This document shows positions 39,201 to 53,100 of a stretch of DNA of 64,000 bases, in pieces; the stretch's first letter is position 1; each line of letters begins with the position of its first letter. A program made the translations under genes and the position numbers. Source of the stretch: Eledone cirrhosa (lineage: Eukaryota). Where the stretch lies: positions 220,906,001-220,970,000 of the forward strand of contig OZ024740.1 of NCBI GenBank assembly GCA_964016885.1. The letters are read 5' to 3'. The notes beneath the pieces are model-generated. The model saw nothing but the letters and a program-made list of their open reading frames with translations, had not been told where the DNA came from and searched no databases.

Positions 39201-42200
39201 ATGAATGACAAAGTTAACCTTGGTGGGATTCAAATTCAGAGAGCAAGAACGAATACTGCAAAGAATTCTATCTGGCGTTCTAACAAGTCTGCCAATTTGA
39301 CACCTTAAAACTACATTACTACACTGAATAATAATATGAGATATGTGATTCTGTATTTGAAAATAAAGGGCTTCTGGTCATAGAAACACTGCCTTAAAAG
39401 ACTCATCCATCCCATGCCAGCATAGAAGAGTAATGATGATGTCTGTCCAAAAGCTCTACGTATGTATGTATGGACCCGATGGAGTTAAAAGGGTACCATG
39501 TCTTGGGCACTTTAAACCTGGAAGAGCCAATCACCTTCGGATTTCTTCCAAAGAAAGAGAAGAGAGAGAAGTGGGGGAAGGAAGAATTGCCCCTAGTACT
39601 GGACTAGTATTTTTTTTTATTAACCTTGAAAGGATAAAGTTGATCTTAGTGGGATTTAAACTCAGAGAATGCAGAGAGCTGGAATAAATACCGCAAAGCA
39701 TTCTATCCAACATTCTAACAAATCTGCCAATTTTTCACCTGTTCAAAAAATAAAAATAACTAACAGAAAAAACAAACAAAAACAAAACAAAAAAAAAAAA
39801 TAAACAGGATGTTTATGGATGGAAAGCTTTTGGTTATAAGTCTGCTAGATGAAAGCTGACCTAGAGCTAAACAACCACATTTATGAGGTATCTATTTACA
39901 ATAAGATAGATGAACAGTTGATCTTTTGGCTGACAGTCAGCCTTATTATTGATTTTCCTAACTGCAACTTTCTCATATAATTTATTAATGTTATTAATGT
40001 ATATAGACAACTGTGGAGGTGTTTAAGTCTTAACCTTTCGATACAGAACTAATTTAATGAAGGCACTTAATATTTCATGATTTAATACATACAAAGGTAT
40101 GAAGATCACATAGAAATTTGAGACATTGTGCTAGCTTGTGCAATACTTTTTGAGCTGCTAACTCGAGTAATATGATTATAATGAACATATAAGTGTAGGA
40201 GTGGGTATGTAGATAAGGAGTTTGCTCCACAACTACATAATTTTAGCTTTGATCAAAATGCATGGCTCCATGGGTAAATGTCTTCTACAGCCTCAGATTG
40301 ACTAATTTCTTGGGAGTTAAATTTGGGAAACAGTAACTATGTGGGAGCTCGTCATATATTAGAGCTGGCCCTCACAATTGAGTTTGACTTGGTAGTATAT
40401 AGCATGCTTTTGTGCTTTTGCTAAGGGTTTTAGGTGTCCAAACAACCATGAGCAGACACAAACACCCTCTCAACTATCTTTCTCTTGATCCAGCAGAATA
40501 TCTATGATGTGACAGCTAGAAGGCAAGAGGGTTGCACCAGTACTGGGCTCATTCTTTGATACCGAAAGAATGAAAAGTAAAGTACACTTCGGCAGAATTT
40601 GAACTCAGAATACAGAGGTCTGGAAGAAATATCCAATGGTTTAACAATTCTGCCAAATCGACAACCTTTATCTACCTATAACATTGTAAATGGAAGTAAT
40701 AAAACATTGTTTATCACTTGAATAAAAAAAATATTAATATTAAAACATTGTTTATAATTTGAATCCATCAAAGAGATTATCAAAATATAAAAATATTGGT
40801 TAAAGAGTAGTTAAACTCTTCCATATTAATATTAAAACATTGTTTATAATTTGAATCCATCAAAGGGATTATCAAAATATAAAAATATTGGTTAAAGAGT
40901 AGTTAAACTCTTCCATCTGCCACTTACTTAAAAACAACTGAAACTTTGCATCAGGAAAAGTATATAGCTATAGAATTCTCCCTCAAAAAGTCTTGTCCAA
41001 CCCATGCTAGCATGGAAAAATGGAAGTATAAATAATTTTCGTGATGATGATGATTAATTGCTGAAAATGAGTTTAATAGTACCAAAACATTATAATCTTA
41101 ACAATAAAGTGTTAGTGCTGGTGCCATAATCAAATGAACTCAGTACACTTTGTAATGAGGTTAGTATTAGGAAGGGCATCTAGTCATAGAACCATATCAA
41201 ATATGGAATATATGAGCAAGATGAGGTCTCTCCAATCTGTCTAACGTCAGACCATGACAATCCATCCAACCTGCACCATCATGGACAGCAGATGTATGAT
41301 GATATTTAACCCTTCTTATCCTATTACCCCTGGTTTTGTGATACAAAGCTATTTGCTTATAATTTTATGTAAGAAAATGTTGTTTCAAACATCAGCTTAA
41401 AAATGGTTTCTGATTTAGACACAAGGCCAACCATTTTGGAGGAGAAGAAAGTCAATTAAATCAACCCTTTTGCGCTACTAGCACCTTATTTTATCAACCC
41501 CGTAAGGATTAAAGCCAAAGCTAACCTTGGCAGGATTTGAACCCAGAATGTAAAGGGATGTAACTATATGCAGCAAAGCATGTTGTCAGATGTTCTACCG
41601 ATATTATCAATCCACTGCCAATCAGCTTAATAATGAAAAAGTTTAATATTTCTAAACCCAACCAAATTTCTTAGTATTTTCAAAATTTATAGAAAATCAC
41701 AGGCTGTGTCTTTCATTAGAAATATGGTAAGAAAGGTGTTAATCTGATTAATGATCTAAAATTCAGTGGTAGTAAACATTTTCCCGTTGTAACATTTATA
41801 GGAATAAAAAAATATTCAGCTAAAAGGGTGGGCTGAAATGTTTAGGCTGACTATGAAGGGGTGACTATGAAGCTGTGAAATCTTGCATGCATTAATTTCA
41901 ATACTTCTTATTAATAACTGCATTGTTTCTTTCCAGGGACTATGTTGAAAAATAAACCTCATTTGATCATTCCATGAGAGTATCTTGGTCAGTCAATGAA
42001 TATTTCAGATGAATATTTTGAATTGATTCAAGTCAGATACAGAGTAATACAATCTTTCATGCTAGTATGGGTTAGACAAAGCCCAGAGCTTATCCCAGTT
42101 TGATTAGTTTTAAGCAGCTGAGAATACAAGATTCCTCCCTTGGATGTGATACTAGTCCATCAGAGAGCTAATCCCCAGCTGGTGCTTACTGGTACTCATT

Positions 42201-43129
42201 TCCAGCTGAGTGAACTGAAACAAGGTGAAATGAAATGCCTTACTCAAGGACAAAATTCATCACTCAGTCTGGGAATTGAATCCATCCCCGTATGATCAAG
42301 AACCCAACAGCTTAACAACTGGTTAACGTTTCTACAGTCAAAAAAAGAACTCATCCTCCTATCCTCAGTTGTCCAGTGGGATGCCTCAAATTCAGGAAAA
42401 GCAAGACTGATGAAAAGCAAAAATGACTGATGAAAAGCATACATGTTTGATGAAAAGCAAAAACATTATGTAATATTCATTTCAAGGAAAAGAATAGCAT
42501 ACCTCCAATTTTTGGTATGGGGTGGTCCTTCTTGTAATCTAAGTAATGCATATCTTGCCGCAGACATAGCAAGTCCACGTATACCATCTCCCCATTCTTT
42601 TTCAGCACTGTTAAATTACACATTCAATAAAGATTTAAACATTAATTTTCTAAGTATCAATTAACTATTCAGAGTATGTTTTTATTGTTGCAATTTTTAT
42701 AAATGAATATATACATACACATATATCAGTAAATGCGGTTGGTATTAAGAAGCACATCCTACTGTAAAAATCCTGCCCAAATTTACAGTTATGTTTGAGC
42801 AAGATACAGCGCAGCCAATCTGGCCAGACTTGTCTCATGATGTGAACGACCCATCTAACCCATGCAAGCATGGAAAATGGATGTTAAATGGTCATGATGA
42901 TGATGATACACACACACACACACACAGATAAATATAATGAATAAAATAACCAGGGTTTAATCACATTATTTAATAGATTTACAAACATTTCTTTTAAATA
43001 CAGAATTATTCTCTGCCTATATGCTTGCCTTATATGTTTGTATTATCAAGTCTACCCTTTATCTATCTATATATATTTGTCTTGTTTTTGTTTGTTGTCT
43101 TCTCTTTGTTAATTTTCCTATATTCTTTT

Positions 43130-43160
<31 letters not shown>

Positions 43161-46100
43161 CGTACTTATATATACATAGATAAATACAGCTTTGTTTTAA
43201 TGAGTATATTAGTTACAAATTTGGCATTCAATGGTGTTATCCACTGGGTGTTTTATTTATTATTGTGAAGCTGCTTTCTAGATGTTTGTCTGTAAGACAC
43301 TAGAGTAAATAAAGGTGGTTCTTCAACCAGCTGTTTCTTGTTTTTAAAGACCTGGATCTTAGTAATGAATGAAGAGGTCTGAATAGCTTGGCAGCAGGGT
43401 GCCTTCTGTCACAGGTGATGCATAGAGCATGATACAGTACTTATAAATGGAGATAGTTTGCAAGCTTGGTAGAGCAGTGAACATCCCTCTTTAATAAGAA
43501 TAAGCTATTTTAAAGACATGTGTGATCACTTTGAACTGCTTTATCAACATAGAATTTCAATTGGCTGCTGATTAACATTTAATATCATGTTTAACCCATT
43601 AGCACTTAAACCAGCCGTAATTCTCTCACCTATTTCTGTTCAAACCAGTAGTAACCGGCCGCTCATACTGACATTAAGGTATTGTTCTCAAAATAAATAA
43701 CATCAAAATCTTGTAGATTCAATATTATGTGAGATAAAGCCTTTTCTGTGTAAATATAGTAAATATAGAATAATGTGAATGCTAAAGGGTTAAGTTTGTT
43801 TGTTGTTTCATGGTCCCAGTGAATTGAATGGTAAAAGCATTACTCCATAGGTTGGTAACGGATATGTACTGTGTGGTGTGGATGAGGGGTTCTTGTGAGC
43901 TGCCATCTCATATCTTGATCACAGTAACTATGGAGGTGGTTTGGGGACCTAGGGGTCACAAAATGTTTCCACCAATATGGGTTCAACAATAAACCTATTG
44001 GAAAGCGACCAGTACTTTGTCATCTTGAGATCCTCAGTTTTTCAGGAAACATAGTCTTGGTTTGGCACTGATTTCACCAGATTGCCACTGAAGAAAGTAT
44101 AACTGCAGGTTGAATCCCAGATAAGTGGTTTATCACCTTGTTACGAGAATATTATGATGCTGTCTGGCCTTTTTCCATTCCTATGGTTTAACACTGTTGG
44201 TTCCAACTATGATAGGAAATCAGCCATATCATGGGAAGTGGCTTGTCCTGAGGTGATATGGCAGCAGATGGGGTCTAAATGTGTCTACCTTGGACTTGCA
44301 GCAATATTCTTGTTAAAATTATATAAACAGTATAACATGGATATATGTTATAAAAAAAAAGTAAAATAGAAACAACTTACCCTTTATATTCAATGTATTT
44401 GTAAATACATAATGCGAGGAAAAGGGCTGCCAGAGCATAATACCAACTTGATATGAACATGAGAGATATACAAAGACCAAGTCCAAGTAAAGAGAGAGTC
44501 CTGGCAGAAAAAGAAATTAACAATTATTTACCAATAGCATATATTTTCAAATATATATACAGCAAATGCATTTAAATTAATCTGCAGAATAGTGGTTCTT
44601 AACCTTCTATCACAGCACCTCTTGTGATTTTGAAATTCCACCTTGCATCCCTAAGCCTAGCGCATAAGACTAAAGAACTTTAATTTTTAGGTCAAATTAT
44701 AAGCTACTTAGCTTATTAATTATTATTTAATTAACTAACTACTAGGATTAATAAATACAATTTTTTGAAAATAGCAGAAAATATCTAATCAAAATATTGC
44801 ATGATGAGAAGTAAAACGAAAGAAAAGTTGTTTTACTGGACCTCTCCTTGCACCCCCAAGAACTGAATCTCACACACCTTGCGGGTGCCAGCACCCCAGG
44901 TTAAGAACCACTGCTGTAAAGGCCTTGTCACTTTTACGGATCTTGTTTTACATGAGACATATACCGAAAGTGACTAGAATTGAGGATATTTTTCTATGGT
45001 TTATCAATAATCTAGCCATTAGCACTCTGTCGATATTACCATCTGCACTCTCTTGAAATAAGGAATGTATTTTTGCGTATTTTAGCTGTCAATTATTTTT
45101 ATATTCATTAATCCAGACTAGCATAAGGAGAGCCTAGAAGCTCATAAGGCTGGAGCTTATCTTGGTTTTATTAGCATTAAGCTGGACAGGATACTAGTCC
45201 ATCAGAGGGTTAGTCCTCAGCTGCTACTGGTACTAATTTTCAGCTCAGTTGATTTGAGTAACATGAAATGAAGTATTTTGCTCAAGAACACAATATACTA
45301 CTTGGTCAAGAAATCAAACTCACAATCTAATGATTGTGAACCCAACACTCTAATGTAATAAGCAGTAAAAACAAATTAAAATGGTTGGTATTAGGAAGCG
45401 CATCCAGTTACAGAAACCATAGACCCAGTACATGATGCAAAGTGGTTGGCATTAAAACCAAACTAAAACAAGGTGTTCAAGCAGAAACTAATCACCTGAC
45501 CAGTCTGGTCTCAGCACATGACAATCATCTAATCCATGCAAACATGGAAAATAAATGTTAAGCAGTGATGATGATGAATTAACGACTATTTTGTTACTAA
45601 TATCAAGTAGGTAAAAGACTTTATCATAAGGAAGGGTAAATTAATCAATGCAATGTGACTTTAAGGAGAATACAATAATAATGGTAAAATTTGAGCCAAA
45701 TAGCATATAACTTTGCAATTAGGAGCCCAGTACCTTAAGCCCTCATCCATAGTATCTCATATCTTTATAAATAAAAAACCAATACATGATTTTCTAAAAA
45801 TGTTAGTGTTTATATTCATCTAAAAACCTCCCATAAAAATTTTATAAGAACTTTTGTTAAGTTATGTTCAAAACACTAGCTTAATGATGGGAGAGTTAGT
45901 TATATTTTTAATTCCTTCCCAATTCTTGATTATTTCCAAATTATTAGACAATAATATTCAAAGTCTTTCATTTGAAATAAGGTAATAAAAGGGTTAAAGT
46001 TGTTATATTCATCTAAAAACCCTCCATCATAATTCTATATAATAACTTTTGTTAAGTTATATTCAAAACACCAGCTTAATGATGAGAAAGCTAGTTATAT

Positions 46101-47613
46101 TATTAAATCTCTTCAAATTTATGATTAATTAAAACAATTATTTGAAAGACATGAATTGTGTTTTTTTATTAGAAATATGACAATGAAAGAATTAATGAAC
46201 ACTACTTGAAAGGACATATGTATCAAAATATCTAAAGTTGATCAGAACTCAAACCTATGAAACAGTAGCCTGATATGAAATCCTCTAAATTTTCATTTTA
46301 TATATGCATAATTCAAATATAGAAATATAGTAAAGAAAGCATTAAACACCAGAATATTCCCTTGATGATTGAAAAAAAAAATGCTTATTAGCTTACCAAT
46401 GATAAAACCTAAAGCGTGGTCGCCAGTTTGGTGTCCGCAGTAAAGTTTGAAGGGCACAAGCCATGTTAACAAATCCATAGCACAGCAAAAAAAACCTTTT
46501 AGAAAAAAAAAGAAAAGAAAATAACATGATTTAAAACAGCAAAACAAATATTGTTTTCATTTATTTAAAGAAAAAAAAAAAAAGGAAAGGAGAAAATTGT
46601 CAGATTGTTGAACAAAGAAAACCATATTTCTATTGGTCTTTTCATTGCTGATGCTAACACAGCGTTTCACAAGCAGTGTTCCCTGGAACCCTAGTGTTCT
46701 ACAAGAAGTTGCTAGGTGTTCCGCAAGAAACAGTGATAAATAAGACAATACATTTGTTTTAGTAATTTTTATTTGATTTTATATTCATAATTTTACTATA
46801 CACATACGGCATACTGTTGGAAAATCCCTGGTTATTATGATAAAGGCTTCAACAATATGTAAAACAGTATATATACATATAGTTTAAGCATTTATTATAA
46901 TAACCAAGGATTTTCCAACAATATAATTATTAATATATGGTATATAATAATTTTTATGCAGGGGTTTCCTGAGACATGAAAACCATTTCAAGGGTTCCAC
47001 AAGGGTAAAAAGGTTGAGAAACGTTGTGCTAACTGCTAGTCACAACTCTTGGCAGAAGAAAGCGGCCTTTAACTCAGAATATACAGAGATCGATCAGGAA
47101 CTGCAAAGTATCCTGTCCGAGATTTTAAAAATTCTGTCAATTTATTATTTCTGGAATGATAGTTTCATTACTAATCCCAGAAAGATGAAAGGCAAAAATT
47201 ATCTGTAGCAGGATTTGAACTCAGAACACAAAGAACCAGAACAAATACAGAGGCATTTATTTGAATATTCTAACAACTCTGTCTATTCTCTACCTATTTT
47301 TAGTTTAGCTGGAACCATGCCAAGACTAAGGAACGTATGAGTAAGACGTGGATATCAGACTCATCTTCTCGCAGAGTGTAATAACTTGTACAACTCATGC
47401 CATGGAAAACAAACATATGAGGATAGGCTGAAAAGTTCATAAGCTGACTATAAAGCAGTGATGCTTGAGCTGCGAAATCTTGCATGCATTAAGTTCAACT
47501 CTTCTTATTACTAACTAAAATGTTTTTTTTCCAGGGACTATGTTGAAAAATCATCCTCATTTGGTCATTTCATGAGTATCTTGGTCAGGCTATGAACTTT
47601 TCAGCCGACCCTC

Positions 47614-47656
<43 letters not shown>

Positions 47657-48350
47657 AAAAGAGTCAGGACCCTGATGGCTGAACTCCAGCCGTTTTGATA
47701 GCTAGATCTAGCTGTCGAAATGGCCGGAGCTCAGCCGTCGGGGTCTTGACTCTTTTCTATTAACCATTCTACTACTCTAAGTATCAAGTACTCTGGTGCG
47801 TTATGGTCCACCTGGTTTCTTACCACACTTCCTTCGTTTTATATATATATATATATATATTATATGAGCTGAAATGGTAAACAGGCTGACTATGAAGGAG
47901 TGATGCTAGAGCTGTGAAATCTTGCATGCATTAATTTCAACTCTTCTGCAATGTTTTTTCCAGGGACTATATTGAAAAATATACCTCATTTGGTTATTCC
48001 ATGAGAGTATCTTGGTTAGCCTATGAACTTTCCAGCCGACCCTCTTCAAATGATGATGATCTGAAATCTACTTACATTGTAATAATGGGTGCCACATAGT
48101 CAAGGCTGGCAATGATAATTCCTATTTCAGAAATTGCAGCTGTCAACAGCAATGCTCGAAATGGCTCTCCTTTCTTGGTGGTCACACTAAATACGTCTAA
48201 AAGTGGTATGACACTATCTTTTGCAATTGCTTGCAGAACACGAGGGGCTCCTATATTGTTAAAGAGAAAGAGAGAAAAAAAAAGGAAAAGAAAAAATATT
48301 CTTATAATAATTTAAATAGAAAAGAAGATTTTAACCAGAAATTTGTGTGA

Positions 48351-48385
<35 letters not shown>

Positions 48386-49582
48386 TTAAAACAATGAAAT
48401 AAAAAATCAAATCATTAGAGATATACTTCACTGCTTTACGATCGTTTCTAGATGATGATAATTGTTTCTACTTTTGGCACAAGGCCATCAATTATCCCAG
48501 TGCATTACTGGTACTTTATTTTATCGACCTCGTAAGGATGAAAGGCAAAGTCAACCTCGGCGGGATTTGAACTCAGATCGTAAAGGGACGTAACTATGCT
48601 GGAAAGCATGGTGTCTGACCCTCTACCGATACTGCCAATCCACCGCCCTCTAGATGTTGATAATACATTGTAGCTATACTCAGTTATTGATCTATGTAAG
48701 GTTAGTTACAAACTATCAGATAAAGAGAATATTTACTTACATGCATATCACCAGCTGTTTTCAAAAGCAATAATAATTTTATTCAGAATTAGTAGTATGT
48801 TAGTATCATGTCTTTATTTGGAGGAATTGTTTTTTTTCATATGGTGTTAAGATGAAAAGTAATATACTTTAGTTGAGGTCATGACCCTTTGAAAGGAATG
48901 GTTGAAGGGTGTTAATAGTAGAATTGGCATAACAATCTATTAGGAGGAAAGGGATTGTCAAACTGATAGTTGAATGTATCTGGTATAGTGAATTTAAAAG
49001 GAATGTCAAAATAAATGGTGATTAGTGTTGTATTGAGTTTTAAGGTGAATATAAATTAAGGTTATGGTTAGGAAAGATAGTATATTAAAAGATGAAAATT
49101 ATAATAAGATAATGTGATATAGTAATGCAATAATATACAACTTAACCAACACAATATAGTACTGTGTGGTAAATTGCATTTAGTATAATATATCATATGA
49201 TACGCTCTAAAATACTATCAAGTATGTTTATGCATAAATAATCAAACTCAGACAAATACATGTTGGCATAGTTAAAACACATACATTTCATAGATTACAA
49301 AGTGCATATATCCACACTATATATAGAGAGAGGTACAGTTAAATTGATATCCAACCAAAAATATACATACGCACAAATAGATGCAAATCTAAATACACAT
49401 TTACATGCATGCATATAATCATATACATACATATCCATACATATCTATATCCACATATGAAAAAAACAATTTGATTTGATAGTTCTTCAACTACCTCCAA
49501 ATAAGGAGATTATACTAACATACTTCTTCGAAGGCACGGGGCGGTCAAACGCCTAACACTCACAGCCATCATGTGCCCCCCC

Positions 49583-49638
<56 letters not shown>

Positions 49639-50098
49639 GATAGGAATTCACTTCGCCAAATTTCATTGCTTGCTGTCTAACCCACGATATTCATGTAAAC
49701 GTAATGTACAGACTTCATTTCTCTCCCTCCACAAATCTTAATTCTAGCGTATTTTCAAAACAATCCATATTTCGTATCAAGTCCAAATAGCCAATCTATC
49801 GCTAAAACAAACTACATTTTCTGTTTCTATTAATTGTTAAATACGCAAGTTTTTGGGCGTATTTAACAGAACAAATTTTGTATTTTTGTTAATCGCTTGT
49901 TAAATGCAAGGACCCCATTCAATCATTACCTTCTTGCTAGCTATTTTCAAACCTTAATTCCTAACGTATTTTCAAACCTCAATCCCTAATTCTAGCGTAT
50001 CTTCAAAACAAAAAAACAAAATCCTTTCCTTCTTCCTTCTTCGAAGGCACGGGGCGGTCAAACGCCTAACACTCACAGCCATCATGTGCCCCCCCCCC

Positions 50099-50148
<50 letters not shown>

Positions 50149-53100
50149 GATAGGAATTCACTTCGCCAAATTTCATTGCTTGCTGTCTAACCCACGATAT
50201 TCATGTAAACGTAATGTACAGACTTCATTTCTCTCCCTCCACAAATCTTAATTCTAGCGTATTTTCAAAACAATCCATATTTCGTATCAAGTCCAAATAG
50301 CCAATCTATCGCTAAAACAAACTACATTTTCTGTTTCTATTAATTGTTAAATACGCAAGTTTTTGGGCGTATTTAACAGAACAAATTTTGTATTTTTGTT
50401 AATCGCTTGTTAAATGCAAGGACCCCATTCAATCATTACCTTCTTGCTAGCTACCCAACACCCCTCCCCCCCACCCCCACGCACCACCATTGCTATTACG
50501 TGGACCAATCATAAAACAGAGCCCCCACGCATCACCAGTATTATTACGCGGACCAATCAGAAACCAGAGGCCTATACTATCGCTTGCCTTTCGATATACG
50601 ATATATGATGGATGGATGGACTGCGGAATCCTGGAGAGTGGAGGTGAGAGAGAGAAAAATCTGGACGCTCAGCGACAATGCCAAAGATAAAGACAAATTC
50701 ACCTCTTGGACGAGAATGCGAGCACTCCTCATTGTTTCGACCGCGGACGGCTAACATAACCCCATCCCCCCCGCCCCTCACCGCCCCCAACCCCCAAACG
50801 CAATCCAAAACTTCAGAGTTGGTACCATAAATGTAGGCACCCTAAAGGGTCGCGCTAACGAGGTTGTAGAAATGCTTGAACGTAAGGAGGTCGATGTTTG
50901 TTGTATTCAAGAGACCAGGTGGAGGGGTGGGTCTGCTAGGTTCATTGAGGGTAAAAAACGATGTTATAAGCTTTTCTGGGTGGGAAACGACGATGGGCTG
51001 GGTGGAGTAGGAATCATGGTAGCAGAAAAGTGGGCAGATAAGATAATAGACGTAAATAGAGTGAACGACAGAATAATTAAAATACGACTTGTCCTCAATA
51101 GAACTACGGTGACAGTAATATCTGCGTACGCACCCCAATCCGGACTGCCCGGCACTATAAAAGACAGATTCTATGAGACACTGATGCTAACTACCTCCCA
51201 AATATCCGACAGTGACTATATAATTATCGCAGGCGACCTAAATGGTCACGTTGGACAACATTGTGACGGCTACGACGAAATCCATGGAGGCTATGGGTTT
51301 GGTACTAGAAATGAGGAAGGCTCCAGAATCCTGGAATTCTGTGATGCAAATAACCTAACTATCTGTAACACTAACTTCAAAAAACGTGACAATCACCTGA
51401 TCACCTATAGATCCGGGGAACACACAAGCCAGGTAGATTATATCCTTACCAGAAGACGTGACAGAGTGTCTGTTGTTAACACTAAATCCCTCCCCCATGA
51501 AGAATGCACCTCCCAACATAGACTGATAATTAGCGACCTCATAGTCAGGACGAGACGTACTCGACAACAGAAGAGGACTATCCTCAGGAGGAAAATATGG
51601 AAGCTAAAGGACCCCACAGCCAGGAATAAATTTCAAAGCATATTACTTGATGCTTTCGACAGTAAGGAAGAACATTTAGAGTCGGACAATATAGAGGGAG
51701 AGTGGGAATTTCTGAAAGCAAACCTGCTGTTGGCGACAGACGAGGTCTGTGGCTGGAGCAGGCCTGTAGGCAGGAGGAGAGTAACATGGTGGTGGAACAG
51801 TAAGGTGGAGGGGTCAATTAAGGCCAAAAAGCAGGCTTGGAAAGTATGGCGGGATGGGGGAAGTAGAGAGGACTATCAAGTGGCCAGGAGGGAAGCTAGG
51901 AGACAAGTGTACTTAGCAAGAAGGGAAGCTGAGGAAAGAAAGTTCAAGCATGTTCTACAACGCGATGACCAAAAACGTGAGGTGTTCAGGATTGCTAGGC
52001 AATGCGTCAAGGAAAACCGTGATATTGTCGGGGAGAAGTGTGTACTAAACGACGATGGCACACTTGCCATCACCGACTCTGATAAGAAGGTAGCTTGGAA
52101 GTGTCACTATGAAAGGCTACTAAATGAGGAGAATAATTGGGAGAAAGGCAGTCTCCCCCATATCGACCCAATAGAGGGACCAGCAGTGTTAGTCGAGGGG
52201 AGTATAATAAGTAAGGCAATCAAGGATATGAAGACGGGTAAGGCGGCTGGGCCTTCGGAAATAGTTGCTGAGATGCTGAAGGCATCTGGCACGGTGGGAC
52301 ACACCATGGTCACCCGCATAGTTAACCAAGTCGTACAGAATGGGGTTGTTCCGAAGGACTGGCATAGCAGCATCATCGTTAACTGTTATAAGGGTAAAGG
52401 AGACGCCCTAGATAGGAGTAACTATAGAGGCATTAAATTAATCGACCAGGTCATGAAGGTCACGGAAAAAGTAATAGCGCAACTAATCAGAGAGAGAATT
52501 GACCTAGATGAAATGCAGTTCGGGTTTGTGTCAGGCAAAAGTACCACAGACGCTCTTTTCATAGTACGACAACTACAGGAGAAGTACCTAGCTAAAGGTA
52601 AACCCCTCTACTTAGCTTTTGTCGACTTGGAGAAAGCCTTCGACAGAGTCCCCCGCTCCATTATCTGGTGGGCTCTTAGAAAACTAGGCGTTGACGAATG
52701 GCTTGTGAGGGCTATACAAGCCATGTATAAAGAAACAGTCAGCAAGGTTAGAATTAACAACGAATATAGTGAAGAGTTTAGCGTAAAAGTTGGCGTCCAT
52801 CAGGGCTCTGTTCTCAGCCCACTACTATTTATTATTGCCCTTCAGGCTATAACAGAGGAGTTCAAGACAGGCTGCCCATGGGAACTCCTATACGCAGACG
52901 ACCTGACACTCATAGCGGAATCAATGGCCGAGCTAGAGAAGAAATTCCAAACATGGAAGCACGGCCTAGAGTCAAAAGGACTTAAAATTAACCTGGCTAA
53001 GACCAAAGTACTAGTTTGTAGGAAAGAAAACAAGGCGGCGGTCCCTTCTGGGAAATGGTCGTGCTCGGTGTGTAGGAAAGGCGTAGGTAGAAACTCCATT

